Positions 10,294 through 18,783 of a stretch of 30,320 nt of DNA are shown piece after piece. Numbering within the stretch: the stretch's first letter is position 1; the number at the start of each line of letters is the position of its first letter. Both the position numbers and the translations under genes were made by a program. This DNA comes from a virus. Lineage: Duplodnaviria; Caudoviricetes. The notes under the pieces were generated by a model that saw only the letters and a list, made by a program, of their open reading frames with translations, did not search any database and was not told the origin of the DNA. The stretch is from positions 1 through 30,320 of the IMG/VR virus record IMGVR_UViG_3300014202_000126. One strand, 5' to 3'.

Positions 10294-10639
10294 CGGTCAG
10301 CCACACGTTGTCAATGGCGCGGATGGCCGCACGTTCCCACAGGTCGAGCGTGTTGCCGGTGGACTCGCACCAGTCGATCATGTCGCGCGACGTGATTCTT
10401 GCCGGACCCATGGCGTGCATCCCCCGTTCCAGGTTCAATTGGCAGAAATAGGCCCAGACGTGGGCGCCCAGCGCCGGCAGTTGCGGCGCGTTCCTAAGTT
10501 GCTCAGGCTCGATCCCGCTCTGACGCCACAGGCTGTTCAGGTGGTCGCGGATCGTCGAGCCGTCTTCCTCCCGTGCGCACAGCGCCTTTTCCGACGCGGC
10601 GAACGCGACCAGTTCGGCTATCAGAGCTTCATAAAATTT
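10286..10639 (-). CDS. Tail assembly chaperone C-terminal extension (gpT-like), reached by -1 frameshift
   Basis: Open -1 frame FYEALIAELVAF...HVWAYFCQL...ITSRDMIDW...LWERAAIRAIDNVWLTDG*, with no start of its own at the 5' end. It begins at the slippery heptamer AAATTTT and is missing from the ORF track. Confidence 0.8.
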   Translation of the reverse strand, partial: KFYEALIAELVAFAASEKALCAREEDGSTIRDHLNSLWRQSGIEPEQLRNAPQLPALGAHVWAYFCQLNLERGMHAMGPARITSRDMIDWCESTGNTLDLWERAAIRAIDNVWLTDG

Positions 10640-11034
10640 GCGATGTTGTCGGACTCCTCTGTGATCTTGGCCGCGATGTCACGGTTCGTCTGGCACAGCT
10701 TGAGCGCGTTGTCAGGCGTGAACGGGTCGGAGATACCGCGCCAGCCCACCAGCCTCACGGCTGCCAGGCGTTGCCCGAACTCAATGTCTTCCTCAATCGG
10801 GTCGAAGTCCGCCGGCTTGCCGGACTTTGCCCGCACGGCCCGCGCCACTTCCCGGCGCCGCTTGGCGTTAATCAGCTCGGCAACCTCGCGCGTCACCACC
10901 TCGGATTGCCCGCCAAGCACTGAAAAGAAAATTCCGGACGGCTCGCCGTCGATCAGGTACTCGAACTCGAACGCCTCCGCACTGGCCTTCGTGGCGTCAA
11001 GGTCGCTCAGGCTCAGGGCTTTCTTGTCAGACAT
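10621..11034 (-). CDS. Tail assembly chaperone (gpG-like)
   Basis: Lies between tail tube and tape measure; RLVGWRGI...FTPDNA..L motif; ends ...IANFMKL over the slippery site. Confidence 0.85.
   Translation of the reverse strand: MSDKKALSLSDLDATKASAEAFEFEYLIDGEPSGIFFSVLGGQSEVVTREVAELINAKRRREVARAVRAKSGKPADFDPIEEDIEFGQRLAAVRLVGWRGISDPFTPDNALKLCQTNRDIAAKITEESDNIANFMKL
10633..10639 (-). promoter_or_regulatory. -1 ribosomal frameshift slippery site A AAU UUU
   Basis: GCA AAT TTT ATG gives an X XXY YYZ heptamer in the correct phase at the 3' end of the chaperone gene. Confidence 0.8.
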
Positions 11035-11047
11035 GCATCATTCCTCA

Positions 11048-12265
11048 TTAAGCTGCAAGGGAATCTTGAATCACAATCGCCGACGCCACCGACGCGGTGC
11101 CGGCGCCCCCGGCGACGTTTTCCAGCGCGGTGAACGGCACCGTCATGCGCAGGCCGGTTTCGCCGTCGTCTTTGGTGGAACCGCCGAACTTGCAGCGCGG
11201 CAGCGATATAACCTGAAAGTCGGCGGTCGCCGTGTTGCCGGTGGTCAGCGCGACCACAACCGAAACCTCGGTCTCGTTCAGGAAGTAATCGCGCATCACC
11301 GCATCGGTGAACAGCACGGTAGCGGTACCGGTCACGTCAAACGAACCCTTGAACACGTCCGGCTCGACATTGGACCCGACCACGCCGCCCGGCAGGCTCA
11401 GGTTGGCGGCGACATTCACGTCCATCGACGTGATATAGCCGACAGCCGTACCGGCAACGTACACGGCACCGTTCACGGCAGCCAGGACACCGCTGGTGCT
11501 GGCGGCAGTCGGCGACGTGAAGTAGGCCGACGTTGACACGTCCATATCAATCCCCATCACCGGGAAATTGATGGTCGCCATACCGGAAGCCGGCAGGCTG
11601 ATGGCTATGTCGCCGAACACGCAATCCGTGAACTGCTCAGACTGGCTGATGTCGGAATAGTTGTGCTCAATCGTCCAGTAATCCAGCGTATGCCCGGAAG
11701 TCGGGATGGACAGGCTCTTGCCAACCGGCGTAAATGTCACGCTGTCCCCGGCCGTATCGGCCACAACGGCTGTGCCGTCCAGGAAGATGCCGGTCATGTC
11801 GGTTGCGGTCAGGGCGGTAATCAGGAAGTTGCGGTCGTTGTTCGCGGTGGCGCCCGCGAATCCGGTCCACCGGCCGACCATGCCGACCTTGAGGCCGGCG
11901 GTCAGGAAGCCGCCGGAGGCATCCACGAACTGCGGGGCGGTCGCGGCAGCGGTAACGTCAATGCCGGCCGCGTATGCGCTTGTAGCTGCCCAGGCGCCGC
12001 GCAGGGCCGATTCCATGAATCCCTGATAGGTTCCCGGCGAAAGCTCGCCGCTGATCTCGCCGCTGACCGACCGCACGCCGTGGCGCATATCAGCGCGCTG
12101 CATCGACGGCCGAATCTCGGCGCTTTGGTAGGTCGCCTTTTGAAGGTCGACGGTCGAGGTCACGCGCCGGAACAACTGCGCGCTGCCCGCCGTAGCTTTC
12201 GTGCCCAGGGCGGACTGTTTCTTGGCCACCAGTTGTTTGAAAATACCGGTTGCGATCTGCGGCAT
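11048..12265 (-). CDS. Major tail tube protein
   Basis: QSAEIR...ADMRHG..SVSGEISGELS, G.ATVLFTD...DYFLNET, LPRCKF motifs; lies before the chaperones. Confidence 0.85.
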   Translation of the reverse strand: MPQIATGIFKQLVAKKQSALGTKATAGSAQLFRRVTSTVDLQKATYQSAEIRPSMQRADMRHGVRSVSGEISGELSPGTYQGFMESALRGAWAATSAYAAGIDVTAAATAPQFVDASGGFLTAGLKVGMVGRWTGFAGATANNDRNFLITALTATDMTGIFLDGTAVVADTAGDSVTFTPVGKSLSIPTSGHTLDYWTIEHNYSDISQSEQFTDCVFGDIAISLPASGMATINFPVMGIDMDVSTSAYFTSPTAASTSGVLAAVNGAVYVAGTAVGYITSMDVNVAANLSLPGGVVGSNVEPDVFKGSFDVTGTATVLFTDAVMRDYFLNETEVSVVVALTTGNTATADFQVISLPRCKFGGSTKDDGETGLRMTVPFTALENVAGGAGTASVASAIVIQDSLAA

Positions 12266-12276
12266 GGCGCTATCTC

Positions 12277-12681
12277 CTAAATGTCAGCGAAAAAAATACA
12301 CTTCACAGGGACGATCCAACGGTCCCCGGAAGCGGCCCCTGCACCGGCCTCAGGCGTGTTACGAATAATCACCCGCGTCGACCCGCTCACGAACGTTGCA
12401 GACCGGTAGAACGTGCCCCTTATCAACGCCACGCGCGCACGCGCAGCCCCGTCGCCGGCCTGTAGCGGATAGCACAGGTTGATCTGGAATATGCCGTTCT
12501 CGCGCGTCACGCCGCGCCCCATGTCCGGGTTCTCAGGCGCCGCAAACAGCAGGAACGCGCGCTGATACGGGACAGAAGAAACAGGCGGCGTGAATGCCAC
12601 GTTTTCCCATGCCGTCGCCAATGACGGCGACATGCCGTTAAGCGCTGTTTCGAGCGCCGACCTTATCGCGGACTGGCTCAT
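12277..12681 (-). CDS. Tail terminator-like protein (DUF4128-like)
   Basis: AWENVAFTPP...PY, GIFQINLCYP...G.G motifs; synteny. Confidence 0.8.
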   Translation of the reverse strand: MSQSAIRSALETALNGMSPSLATAWENVAFTPPVSSVPYQRAFLLFAAPENPDMGRGVTRENGIFQINLCYPLQAGDGAARARVALIRGTFYRSATFVSGSTRVIIRNTPEAGAGAASGDRWIVPVKCIFFADI

Positions 12682-13115
12682 TTGATCTTCGCCACTTCGG
12701 CGCTCAGGATGGCTTGCATATCCACCACGGCGAGGCCAACCATGCCGGCCGGCGCCTGTGTCGAATATCCGTTTTCCAGCGCCTCGGCATACGGCAGGTT
12801 GTTGGCGATGTAGTGGATACCGGCGGCCGGCGATCCCAACGCCCCAGCAGCAATGCGGTTGTTCGACGCGCCGCCGGACGGGTCAATGTCCGGCAAGTCG
12901 CCTTGCGGGGCCGATCCGAACCCGTACTGCCAGTTGGCGCGCGCCCGGCCGCCAACGTATCCGGGCGGCGGCGGCGATGCCCATAAATCAGGATTGCCGA
13001 CCGGCGTTCTTTCAACGATCCGTTCGCCCAGGCCGATAACGGTCTCGCGCACCACGGCATCCAAGTTGGACTTTGTCTTCGTAACCCATCGGGAAAGGTC
13101 CAGACCGAAGTTCAT
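12678..13115 (-). CDS. HK97 gp10-like neck / tail completion protein
   Basis: TPVG..., GRARANWQ, YIANNLPYA..LE.G.S.QAP.GMV motifs. Confidence 0.85.
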   Translation of the reverse strand: MNFGLDLSRWVTKTKSNLDAVVRETVIGLGERIVERTPVGNPDLWASPPPPGYVGGRARANWQYGFGSAPQGDLPDIDPSGGASNNRIAAGALGSPAAGIHYIANNLPYAEALENGYSTQAPAGMVGLAVVDMQAILSAEVAKIK

Positions 13116-13474
13116 GCGCCCACCCTGACGTGGATGTCGAACAATACGCGCGTGCCGGCCGGCGATATTTCGTCCACGCTTACCGGCATGTACTCAACGC
13201 CGCCGACAATGAGCCGATCCTGAACGCTGACCGCGGCCGACGCATCAAGCAACAGGCGCCGGTCTGATACCTGCACCAACTGTCCGCGCACCGTGGTCGT
13301 GTTAGCGCCGTAGTCGAACAGCGCGCCCTTGCGCGTGGTGTCGGCTGTCACTGGCGTGGTGGTTCCTGTGGCAGGGTCATAGGTGCCGGTTGTGTAGGTG
13401 CGGTGCGTCACATCCTGCCCGTAGGTGGTCAGCAGCCGCAGAGACGTTGCGGCGGCCCGCGGGTATAGGCTCAT
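13112..13474 (-). CDS. Head closure / head-tail joining protein
   Basis: RLL..YGQ.VT.R....G.YDP.TG motif; synteny. Confidence 0.75.
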   Translation of the reverse strand: MSLYPRAAATSLRLLTTYGQDVTHRTYTTGTYDPATGTTTPVTADTTRKGALFDYGANTTTVRGQLVQVSDRRLLLDASAAVSVQDRLIVGGVEYMPVSVDEISPAGTRVLFDIHVRVGA

Positions 13475-13998
13475 ACGCGCACCATCGGAATCCTTCCCTC
13501 GCTCGACGCCAGAAAGGGCCGAAGCAGGGCGTCAATGGCAGAATACTTCACAGCCCGCGGACTGAAGCGGTCGTATTCAACCTCAATAGGACCTATCTTC
13601 TCGCGCACCACGCCCTGCGACTGATCCGAATACAGCTCACCAGCGGCGGCTTTCAATGCCAGATCGGCGCACGCCCTCGCTACCTCGGCAGGCACGATGT
13701 CATCGGCAACAAGATTCGGGAAGTCTGTGTTCGCGCCCGTAATGACCGGTTCCAGGTACACATAGGCGCGCGGCCAGTCCAATGCCTGCGTTGACAGCAT
13801 GCGCACGCCCTTCCACCGCAGGCGGTAGACCTGCACCATGTAGTCGGTCGCCCGGCGTAACGCCTGCTCGTGCTGCGCCGTCGTGATCGTGGCCCAGGTG
13901 GTATTACCGCGGGCCGCATGGTAGGTCAGGGAATCGGCCACGCTGATATAGGTCTCGGAATTCGACAGTCCGGCGCCGGTCTCAACAATGATCGTCAC
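13471..13998 (-). CDS. Head-tail adaptor (DnaT-like family)
   Basis: IVETG.GL.N.E.Y.SVAD...YH..RG, QALDWPR, A...LAL, EKIGPIEVEY motifs. Confidence 0.85.
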   Translation of the reverse strand: MTIIVETGAGLSNSETYISVADSLTYHAARGNTTWATITTAQHEQALRRATDYMVQVYRLRWKGVRMLSTQALDWPRAYVYLEPVITGANTDFPNLVADDIVPAEVARACADLALKAAAGELYSDQSQGVVREKIGPIEVEYDRFSPRAVKYSAIDALLRPFLASSEGRIPMVRV

Positions 13999-15890
13999 GG
14001 GTAGTCCCTCTCGATTCCGGCCAGCGGGTATTGCCCCCCAAGCCCTGATAGTGGATAGGTGATCGGGATGCCGGATAAAGGCCGCTGGGCATCAACACCA
14101 GGCAGAGGATAAGGGGTCGGCGTTCCTGCCAGCGGGTATTGTAAAGCGAGAAATTGCGACATGCCGGCCACCGTCGCGCCGCTGCCCACTAACGCGCCGC
14201 TTGCGGCGTGAATCGTCAGCCCATTACTTGCGACGCCAGAAACTGCCGCGCCTTGCCCCGCCAACACGCCGTCGGCGGAATGGATGCGATCCCTGTTTGC
14301 GCTGGCAGCAATCGCCGCGCCTTGGCCGGTTAAGGCTCCTGCCGTGGTGTGGATATGCGCCCGCGCGGCGCTGCCCGTCACCGTTGCGCCTGGCCCCGCT
14401 AATGCCCCGCTAGTCGCGTGTTGGCGGGTACGGGCTGCCGTGCCAGTAACAGCCGCTCCAGGCCCGGCCAATGCGCCGGTTGTTTCGTGCGTCACCGCGC
14501 CCGTTGATCGCGCCGCGGACCCAGATACCGACGCGCCCGCGCCTGATAGCACGCCATTTGTCGCGTGCTGACGGGTGCGTGCAGACGCGCCGGACATGGC
14601 CGACCCAGGGCCGACAAGATCGCCACTGGTGGCGTGTATGGCGACATGGGCCGCTGCGCCAACAACGGCCGCGCCAGCACCTGCCAGAACGCCAGTGGCG
14701 GCATGTTGGCGGGTTCGTGCCGCCGCCCCGGCTACCGTGGCACCGGACCCCGCAAGCACGCCGCTGGTCGCGTGCGTCTGTGCGCCGCCTGCCCTATCCG
14801 CGCTGCCGCTGACGGTCGATCCCGCCCCGGACAGTGCCCCGCTGGTCGCGTGCGCCCTGAATCTGGCGGCGGCCCCGGATATTGCCGCGCCCGGTCCGGC
14901 TAACGCGCCGTCCGTTGCATGTTGCCGAGTGCGGGCGGCTGCGCCTGTGACGGCTGATCCTGCGCCGGCCAGTGACCCGGTGGTCGCGTGCTTGGCGTTA
15001 TAGACAGCCGCGCCGGAAACGACCGCGCCCGGCCCGGACAGGGCGCCGGTGGACGCATGTACGCGCGTGCGGGCGGATGCCCCGGCAACGGTCGAGCCTG
15101 GCCCGGTTAGGGCACCTGTCGTGGCGTGTGTTACAGCGGCGCCCGTCCTGGCCGCCGACCCCGCAACAACAGCCCCGCCCCCGGTCAGTGCGCCGGACGT
15201 GGCGTGAATAAGCGGCCGCAGTGCAAGCGTGTACGCGCACCACGAATCATTGGCGCCCGTCGTGCCGCCCGTATAGGCGGCCGGGTCTTCGGCGCCGGAT
15301 GTCCATGCACGGTAACCACACCCGACCATTGCGTCGGTCGTATCCGCGCCGTTCGCGGTGCGAAAGTTCGTGGTGTAGTTCGCAGGGGCGGTGTAGGTTG
15401 CACCCGTAGCCGCCGCGCCGCCGCCGCAGATGACCACATACGCGCCGGCCGTACTCGGCGTAATCGATCCCGGGTCAGGGCGCCCGGTTGCTGTGCCACC
15501 CGCCGATACCGGGGTTACGTCCATCGGGGTGGTGGCGTCTACCCCGCGGAATACCTGGATCGCGTACGCTTCGCCGAAGGCATTGTTGCCGGTGCCGGGA
15601 ATCGTAACGGTCGTGTCGGGCGTGCCGCCCATGAACTTGTGCGACACGTTCATTGACGTGTCGGCGGTAACCGCGCTCTGGTTCAGTTGCCCCAGCGCGG
15701 TGTAGCCGGTCGGCGTCGTGACCGCCATCTCCGGATTGCCGGCCGCCGATCCGGTAACGGCGGTGACTATCACAAGATCGCCCGCCGCTGGCGTTGACGC
15801 CAACCCCCCGGTCAGCGCGAACGTGACCTGAAGCGCGCTCGACGGGTTCGCGCGGCCCGCTACCTGGCCGCCTACGTATTGGATAGCCAT
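13995..15890 (-). CDS. Virion-associated repeat protein (N-terminal globular domain, 15 Gly/Ala-rich repeats, YPLxG tail)
   Basis: 631-aa ORF with consistent codon use, coupled to the adaptor gene; repeats are directly visible in the translation. Confidence 0.85.
   Translation of the reverse strand: MAIQYVGGQVAGRANPSSALQVTFALTGGLASTPAAGDLVIVTAVTGSAAGNPEMAVTTPTGYTALGQLNQSAVTADTSMNVSHKFMGGTPDTTVTIPGTGNNAFGEAYAIQVFRGVDATTPMDVTPVSAGGTATGRPDPGSITPSTAGAYVVICGGGAAATGATYTAPANYTTNFRTANGADTTDAMVGCGYRAWTSGAEDPAAYTGGTTGANDSWCAYTLALRPLIHATSGALTGGGAVVAGSAARTGAAVTHATTGALTGPGSTVAGASARTRVHASTGALSGPGAVVSGAAVYNAKHATTGSLAGAGSAVTGAAARTRQHATDGALAGPGAAISGAAARFRAHATSGALSGAGSTVSGSADRAGGAQTHATSGVLAGSGATVAGAAARTRQHAATGVLAGAGAAVVGAAAHVAIHATSGDLVGPGSAMSGASARTRQHATNGVLSGAGASVSGSAARSTGAVTHETTGALAGPGAAVTGTAARTRQHATSGALAGPGATVTGSAARAHIHTTAGALTGQGAAIAASANRDRIHSADGVLAGQGAAVSGVASNGLTIHAASGALVGSGATVAGMSQFLALQYPLAGTPTPYPLPGVDAQRPLSGIPITYPLSGLGGQYPLAGIERDYP
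13998..14138 (-). repeat. Five 9-aa [YR]PLxG repeats at the C-terminus
   Basis: YPLAGTPTP / YPLPGVDAQ / RPLSGIPIT / YPLSGLGGQ / YPLAGIERD / YP. Confidence 0.85.
14139..15206 (-). repeat. 15 tandem coding repeats of about 23 aa (HATxGxLxGxGxxVxGxAARxxx)
   Basis: Hand-aligned. Units 1, 6 and 10 are 26 aa, unit 14 is 24 aa, and the other internal units are 23 aa. Confidence 0.9.
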
Positions 15891-15900
15891 TTACGCTATC

Positions 15901-15931
15901 CGCAGCACTGCCGCATTCAGGCAGTGCGGCG
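15901..15931 (-). promoter_or_regulatory. Intergenic stem-loop without a U-tract
   Basis: CGC-A-GCACTGCC / GGCAGTGC-G-GCG inverted repeat with a 7-nt loop, filling most of the gap between the two genes. Confidence 0.6.
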
Positions 15932-15933
15932 CA

Positions 15934-16323
15934 TTAAGCCGACAGCGCGGTATACGTCAGGCTGGAGCAGCTCACCGTGTCACCGGCCGCCACGGTCAGG
16001 CCGTTGCTCATGTTGATGTCCGACCCCGACGCAGCGACAGCACAATGAATGACCAGCGTGCCGCCGGATGTCTGCAAGGACGCATTCGCTACCGCCGACG
16101 CATTGCCGGTGGCGTTGGTGTCGCTGGTGATCGCGTTGGCGGTAGCCGTGCCGCTTGACGACGCGGCGAAAGCGGTCGCCGACAGCGGCAGAGTGGCAAC
16201 GGCGGTGCCGGGAGACCCCACCGTTCCGGATAGCCTGAAGACCAGATTCCCGGACGCGCCAATCAGTGCGGTAACCGCGTCAGTCGCCGCATTGCGCGCG
16301 GCCGTGGTGTGGGTAACTGCCAT
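15934..16323 (-). CDS. Small virion structural / decoration-like protein
   Basis: 129 aa, Ala/Thr/Ser-rich; ARNA..DA.TALIG...; C-terminal AGDTVSCSSLTYT; GAGGAG RBS. Confidence 0.75.
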   Translation of the reverse strand: MAVTHTTAARNAATDAVTALIGASGNLVFRLSGTVGSPGTAVATLPLSATAFAASSSGTATANAITSDTNATGNASAVANASLQTSGGTLVIHCAVAASGSDINMSNGLTVAAGDTVSCSSLTYTALSA

Positions 16324-16324
16324 T

Positions 16325-16522
16325 TCAATTCTCCTCAGTGGTGCAAATGCTGCCAGGGCCGACCATGGCGCCGGAGGTGCCGTGGTGTTTGCCGACTATT
16401 TGGGCGTGTTCTTCGGGCGTGGTCTGGCCGACAAGTTCGTAGGTTTCGACCGCGCCGGACGCCTTGCGGGTGACTGTCACGGTCGCCCGTAGTTCGCCGC
16501 CTTTGCCGGATAGCTCACTCAC
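16325..16522 (-). CDS. Small hypothetical head-module protein (65 aa)
   Basis: GTG start overlaps the end of the upstream gene; MSELSGKGGELRATVTVTRK...HGTSGAMVGPGS. Confidence 0.65.
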   Translation of the reverse strand: MSELSGKGGELRATVTVTRKASGAVETYELVGQTTPEEHAQIVGKHHGTSGAMVGPGSICTTEEN

Positions 16523-16661
16523 TGCGCGCCCGCTTCGGCTTCTGCTTCGCATCATCCGTATACGGCGTATGCACGGCCGAATCAAAATCCGTTTCGTTGA
16601 TGACGATGAATCCCTGCTCGTTGTCGGCAGCAATGCGCACCGTCTGGCATGTATCGCTCAT
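16515..16661 (-). CDS. Small post-capsid protein (48 aa)
   Basis: AAGGAG RBS; MSDTCQTVRIAADNEQGFIVINETDFDSAVHTPY...; below the ORF-track cut-off. Confidence 0.7.
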   Translation of the reverse strand: MSDTCQTVRIAADNEQGFIVINETDFDSAVHTPYTDDAKQKPKRARSE

Positions 16662-16678
16662 GCGATGTGCTCCTTGAG

Positions 16679-16705
16679 AAAAGGCGGCCCCCCGAAAGAG
16701 GCCGC
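16679..16705 (-). terminator. Rho-independent terminator after the coat gene
   Basis: GGCGGCCUC-UUUCG-GGGGCCGCC followed by UUUU. Confidence 0.75.
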
Positions 16706-16712
16706 CACCGGA

Positions 16713-17864
16713 TTAACCCAACAGCACCATGGAATGGCGCGGGGCGATCATCTTCACGCCCCAGGCCAATCCGATCTCAAGATGGGTCTGGCGATACTGG
16801 CGATACAGGGCGATCTGATACGTGAGCCCGCTGACCGGGTCGGTCATGTCCATCACATCATCGGCCGCATCGCCGCCTTCCGGCATATACGGCGTCCGCG
16901 TGGCAAGGATGATGGCCGACCGGGAAAACACCATGTTGCGGGTAGCCGCAGCCACGACGGTCAGCGCCGTCGCCGACGCCGGGATAGCCACGCGCAGACC
17001 GGGTTCGGCCAGAGTTACCACGCCACCGGACAGGGCGGATGCCACGACGTACTTGTTGGTATCGCCGGCAAAGGTCACCACGTCGCCGGCCAGGATGGTC
17101 CCGGTACCGGTGATAAGCGTGATGGACGTATCTCCGACCGCATAGCCCGCCGTGTTGGTTGTGTAGGACGCTCCAGTGCCAACGGCAACGGCGGTTTTCA
17201 CCTGCCCGCTGCTGTGGACCATGGCGCCCTGAATGTCGCCGATGATGCCCTGCCGCAAGAGCTGATCCGTGCCGGCCTCGTTGACCTTGAAAAGCACCGA
17301 TTGCTTGCCGCGAATGTTGGCGATGGCGGACGATCCGAAGACGGCGTGAATGTCGCCAGGCGCGCCGTTGTCGTCGAGAATCTTCAGCGACTGCGCCATG
17401 TCCGACAGGTCGCCAGCCGAGCCGAACGGCGCGGTGCCGGCGGTTCCGTAGGCGCGCGACGCATTGACATGCAGTGCGGCAAGGTCGGCTTCGACCATGT
17501 TGGTGATTGCCCGCATTCCCTGCGCGAGGCGCTGCGTCATCACGGCATCGTAAATGCCGGTCTGGCCAACGGCTACCTGTTCGTCGCCGTTCCAGGCAAT
17601 CGGAGCCGCGTACTGGTTGGAAATGGTCACGGTCACGTTGCCGGGAGCCGCGCCGCCGGTATCCGGGGACGTTGCGCCAGGCGTGATTGCGACCGGGGTG
17701 ATTGCGCCGACCACCGGCACGTTGACGGTCTGGTTGACGGCTACGCGATCAGCGGCGCTGTCACGCGAAACGGCCGGGATGAAGCCGACACGCTCGCGCG
17801 ACACTACGTCGGCGGCGGCATACAGGTACGGAATCAGGTTGGTGAGGGTGTTCGGAGATGCCAT
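16713..17864 (-). CDS. Major capsid protein (P22 coat-like)
   Basis: NTLTNLIP.LY.A.DVVSRE.VGFIPAV, Q.MRA.TN.VE.DL, DPVSGL..QI..Y.QY.Q...EI.LAWGVK motifs; AAAGGA RBS. Confidence 0.9.
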   Translation of the reverse strand: MASPNTLTNLIPYLYAAADVVSRERVGFIPAVSRDSAADRVAVNQTVNVPVVGAITPVAITPGATSPDTGGAAPGNVTVTISNQYAAPIAWNGDEQVAVGQTGIYDAVMTQRLAQGMRAITNMVEADLAALHVNASRAYGTAGTAPFGSAGDLSDMAQSLKILDDNGAPGDIHAVFGSSAIANIRGKQSVLFKVNEAGTDQLLRQGIIGDIQGAMVHSSGQVKTAVAVGTGASYTTNTAGYAVGDTSITLITGTGTILAGDVVTFAGDTNKYVVASALSGGVVTLAEPGLRVAIPASATALTVVAAATRNMVFSRSAIILATRTPYMPEGGDAADDVMDMTDPVSGLTYQIALYRQYRQTHLEIGLAWGVKMIAPRHSMVLLG

Positions 17865-17895
17865 GATGTGTGTCCTTTGAAAGAGTGGAGCAAAA

Positions 17896-17979
17896 CGAAC
17901 TTGCGTTCGGTTCGGTCCATCCCGGACACGACATGCGGGCTTCTCGCCCGATTGCGGACGGCGGGCATCACGCCCGCCG
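17896..17979 (-). promoter_or_regulatory. Structured leader with four hairpins between scaffold and coat genes
   Basis: CGGCGGGC-GUGAU-GCCCGCCG, CGGGC-GAGAA-GCCCG, GUCC-GGGAU-GGAC, CGAAC-GCAA-GUUCG. Confidence 0.65.
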
Positions 17980-17997
17980 CCCCTGTATTAGAGCACG

Positions 17998-18783
17998 TTA
18001 ATCGGTAATTGTCATTGCCTGCGCTGCCTTGGCTTTCTCGGCCGGCGGCAGTAGATCGAATGCGGCGCGCGTGATGGTTTTTCCGCCGGAACCCGCGCCG
18101 CGGTCACCGCCGGCACCGCCGCCGGACCCGCCGGCCGGGAACCAATGCGGCGCCGCTTCTTTCATTGATTCAAACCATTCGGCCGGCGTGAACGGCGCCT
18201 TTCCGTCTTTGCCCAGGATGGGGGCGCCGTCCGATCCCAACTGCACGGCTTCGCCGCGATCGTCCAACACGAAGATGGTCCGCGCGCGCAGCAATGCATC
18301 ATCGACCGCGAACGGGTGAATCCCGGCCTTTCCGGCGGCGGCGCGGACGTGGTTGTCCAGCACGCGGCCCTTGAACGTCTCAGCGACTTCGCGCGCCGTT
18401 TTCTCGGCCGCCGTTGCGGCTTCCACCTGCTTCATCAGATCGGCGTCGCGCTTGGCCATGCGCTTTGCAATGACCTCATCGACACGGCCGGCGGAAATAA
18501 GCGCCGCCTCTTCCTCATTGCTGAATTTCGCCATCATGGCGCGCGTCTTTACGGGGTCGATGCCCTCGTATTCCCGCAGCGCGTCTTCCAGCGCCTTCTT
18601 GCTCGCCTCCTTGGCGGCTTTCACCGCCTGGCGCTCTTTCTCAAGCGCCGACTTCAGGCCGGCCGTGTCTTCGATCTCGACCTTTTCCGGATCCAGCTTG
18701 AATTTCTCGCCGTCCTGAACATACCACCCGCGCTGCGCTTCCGGCACAGCGGACAGGGTATCAAGCTCAAGTGCCAATGCCAT
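17998..18783 (-). CDS. Capsid scaffolding protein
   Basis: L..VPE..R.WY...G.KF.LD, EDTAGLKSALEKER, APHWFP..GSGGGA motifs; coiled-coil; GAGG RBS before the ATG at 18783. Confidence 0.85.
   Translation of the reverse strand: MALALELDTLSAVPEAQRGWYVQDGEKFKLDPEKVEIEDTAGLKSALEKERQAVKAAKEASKKALEDALREYEGIDPVKTRAMMAKFSNEEEAALISAGRVDEVIAKRMAKRDADLMKQVEAATAAEKTAREVAETFKGRVLDNHVRAAAGKAGIHPFAVDDALLRARTIFVLDDRGEAVQLGSDGAPILGKDGKAPFTPAEWFESMKEAAPHWFPAGGSGGGAGGDRGAGSGGKTITRAAFDLLPPAEKAKAAQAMTITD

Noticed and set aside
14139-15206. CRISPR-like array
   Set aside because: The periodicity is at protein level with degenerate codons; there are no identical DNA repeats with unique spacers.
16464-18008. Long plus-strand ORFs (514 aa here; also 2555-3691, 10070-11536, 19988-21271, 27333-28439)
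   Set aside because: Antisense shadows of GC-rich genes, with no recognisable motifs or RBS.
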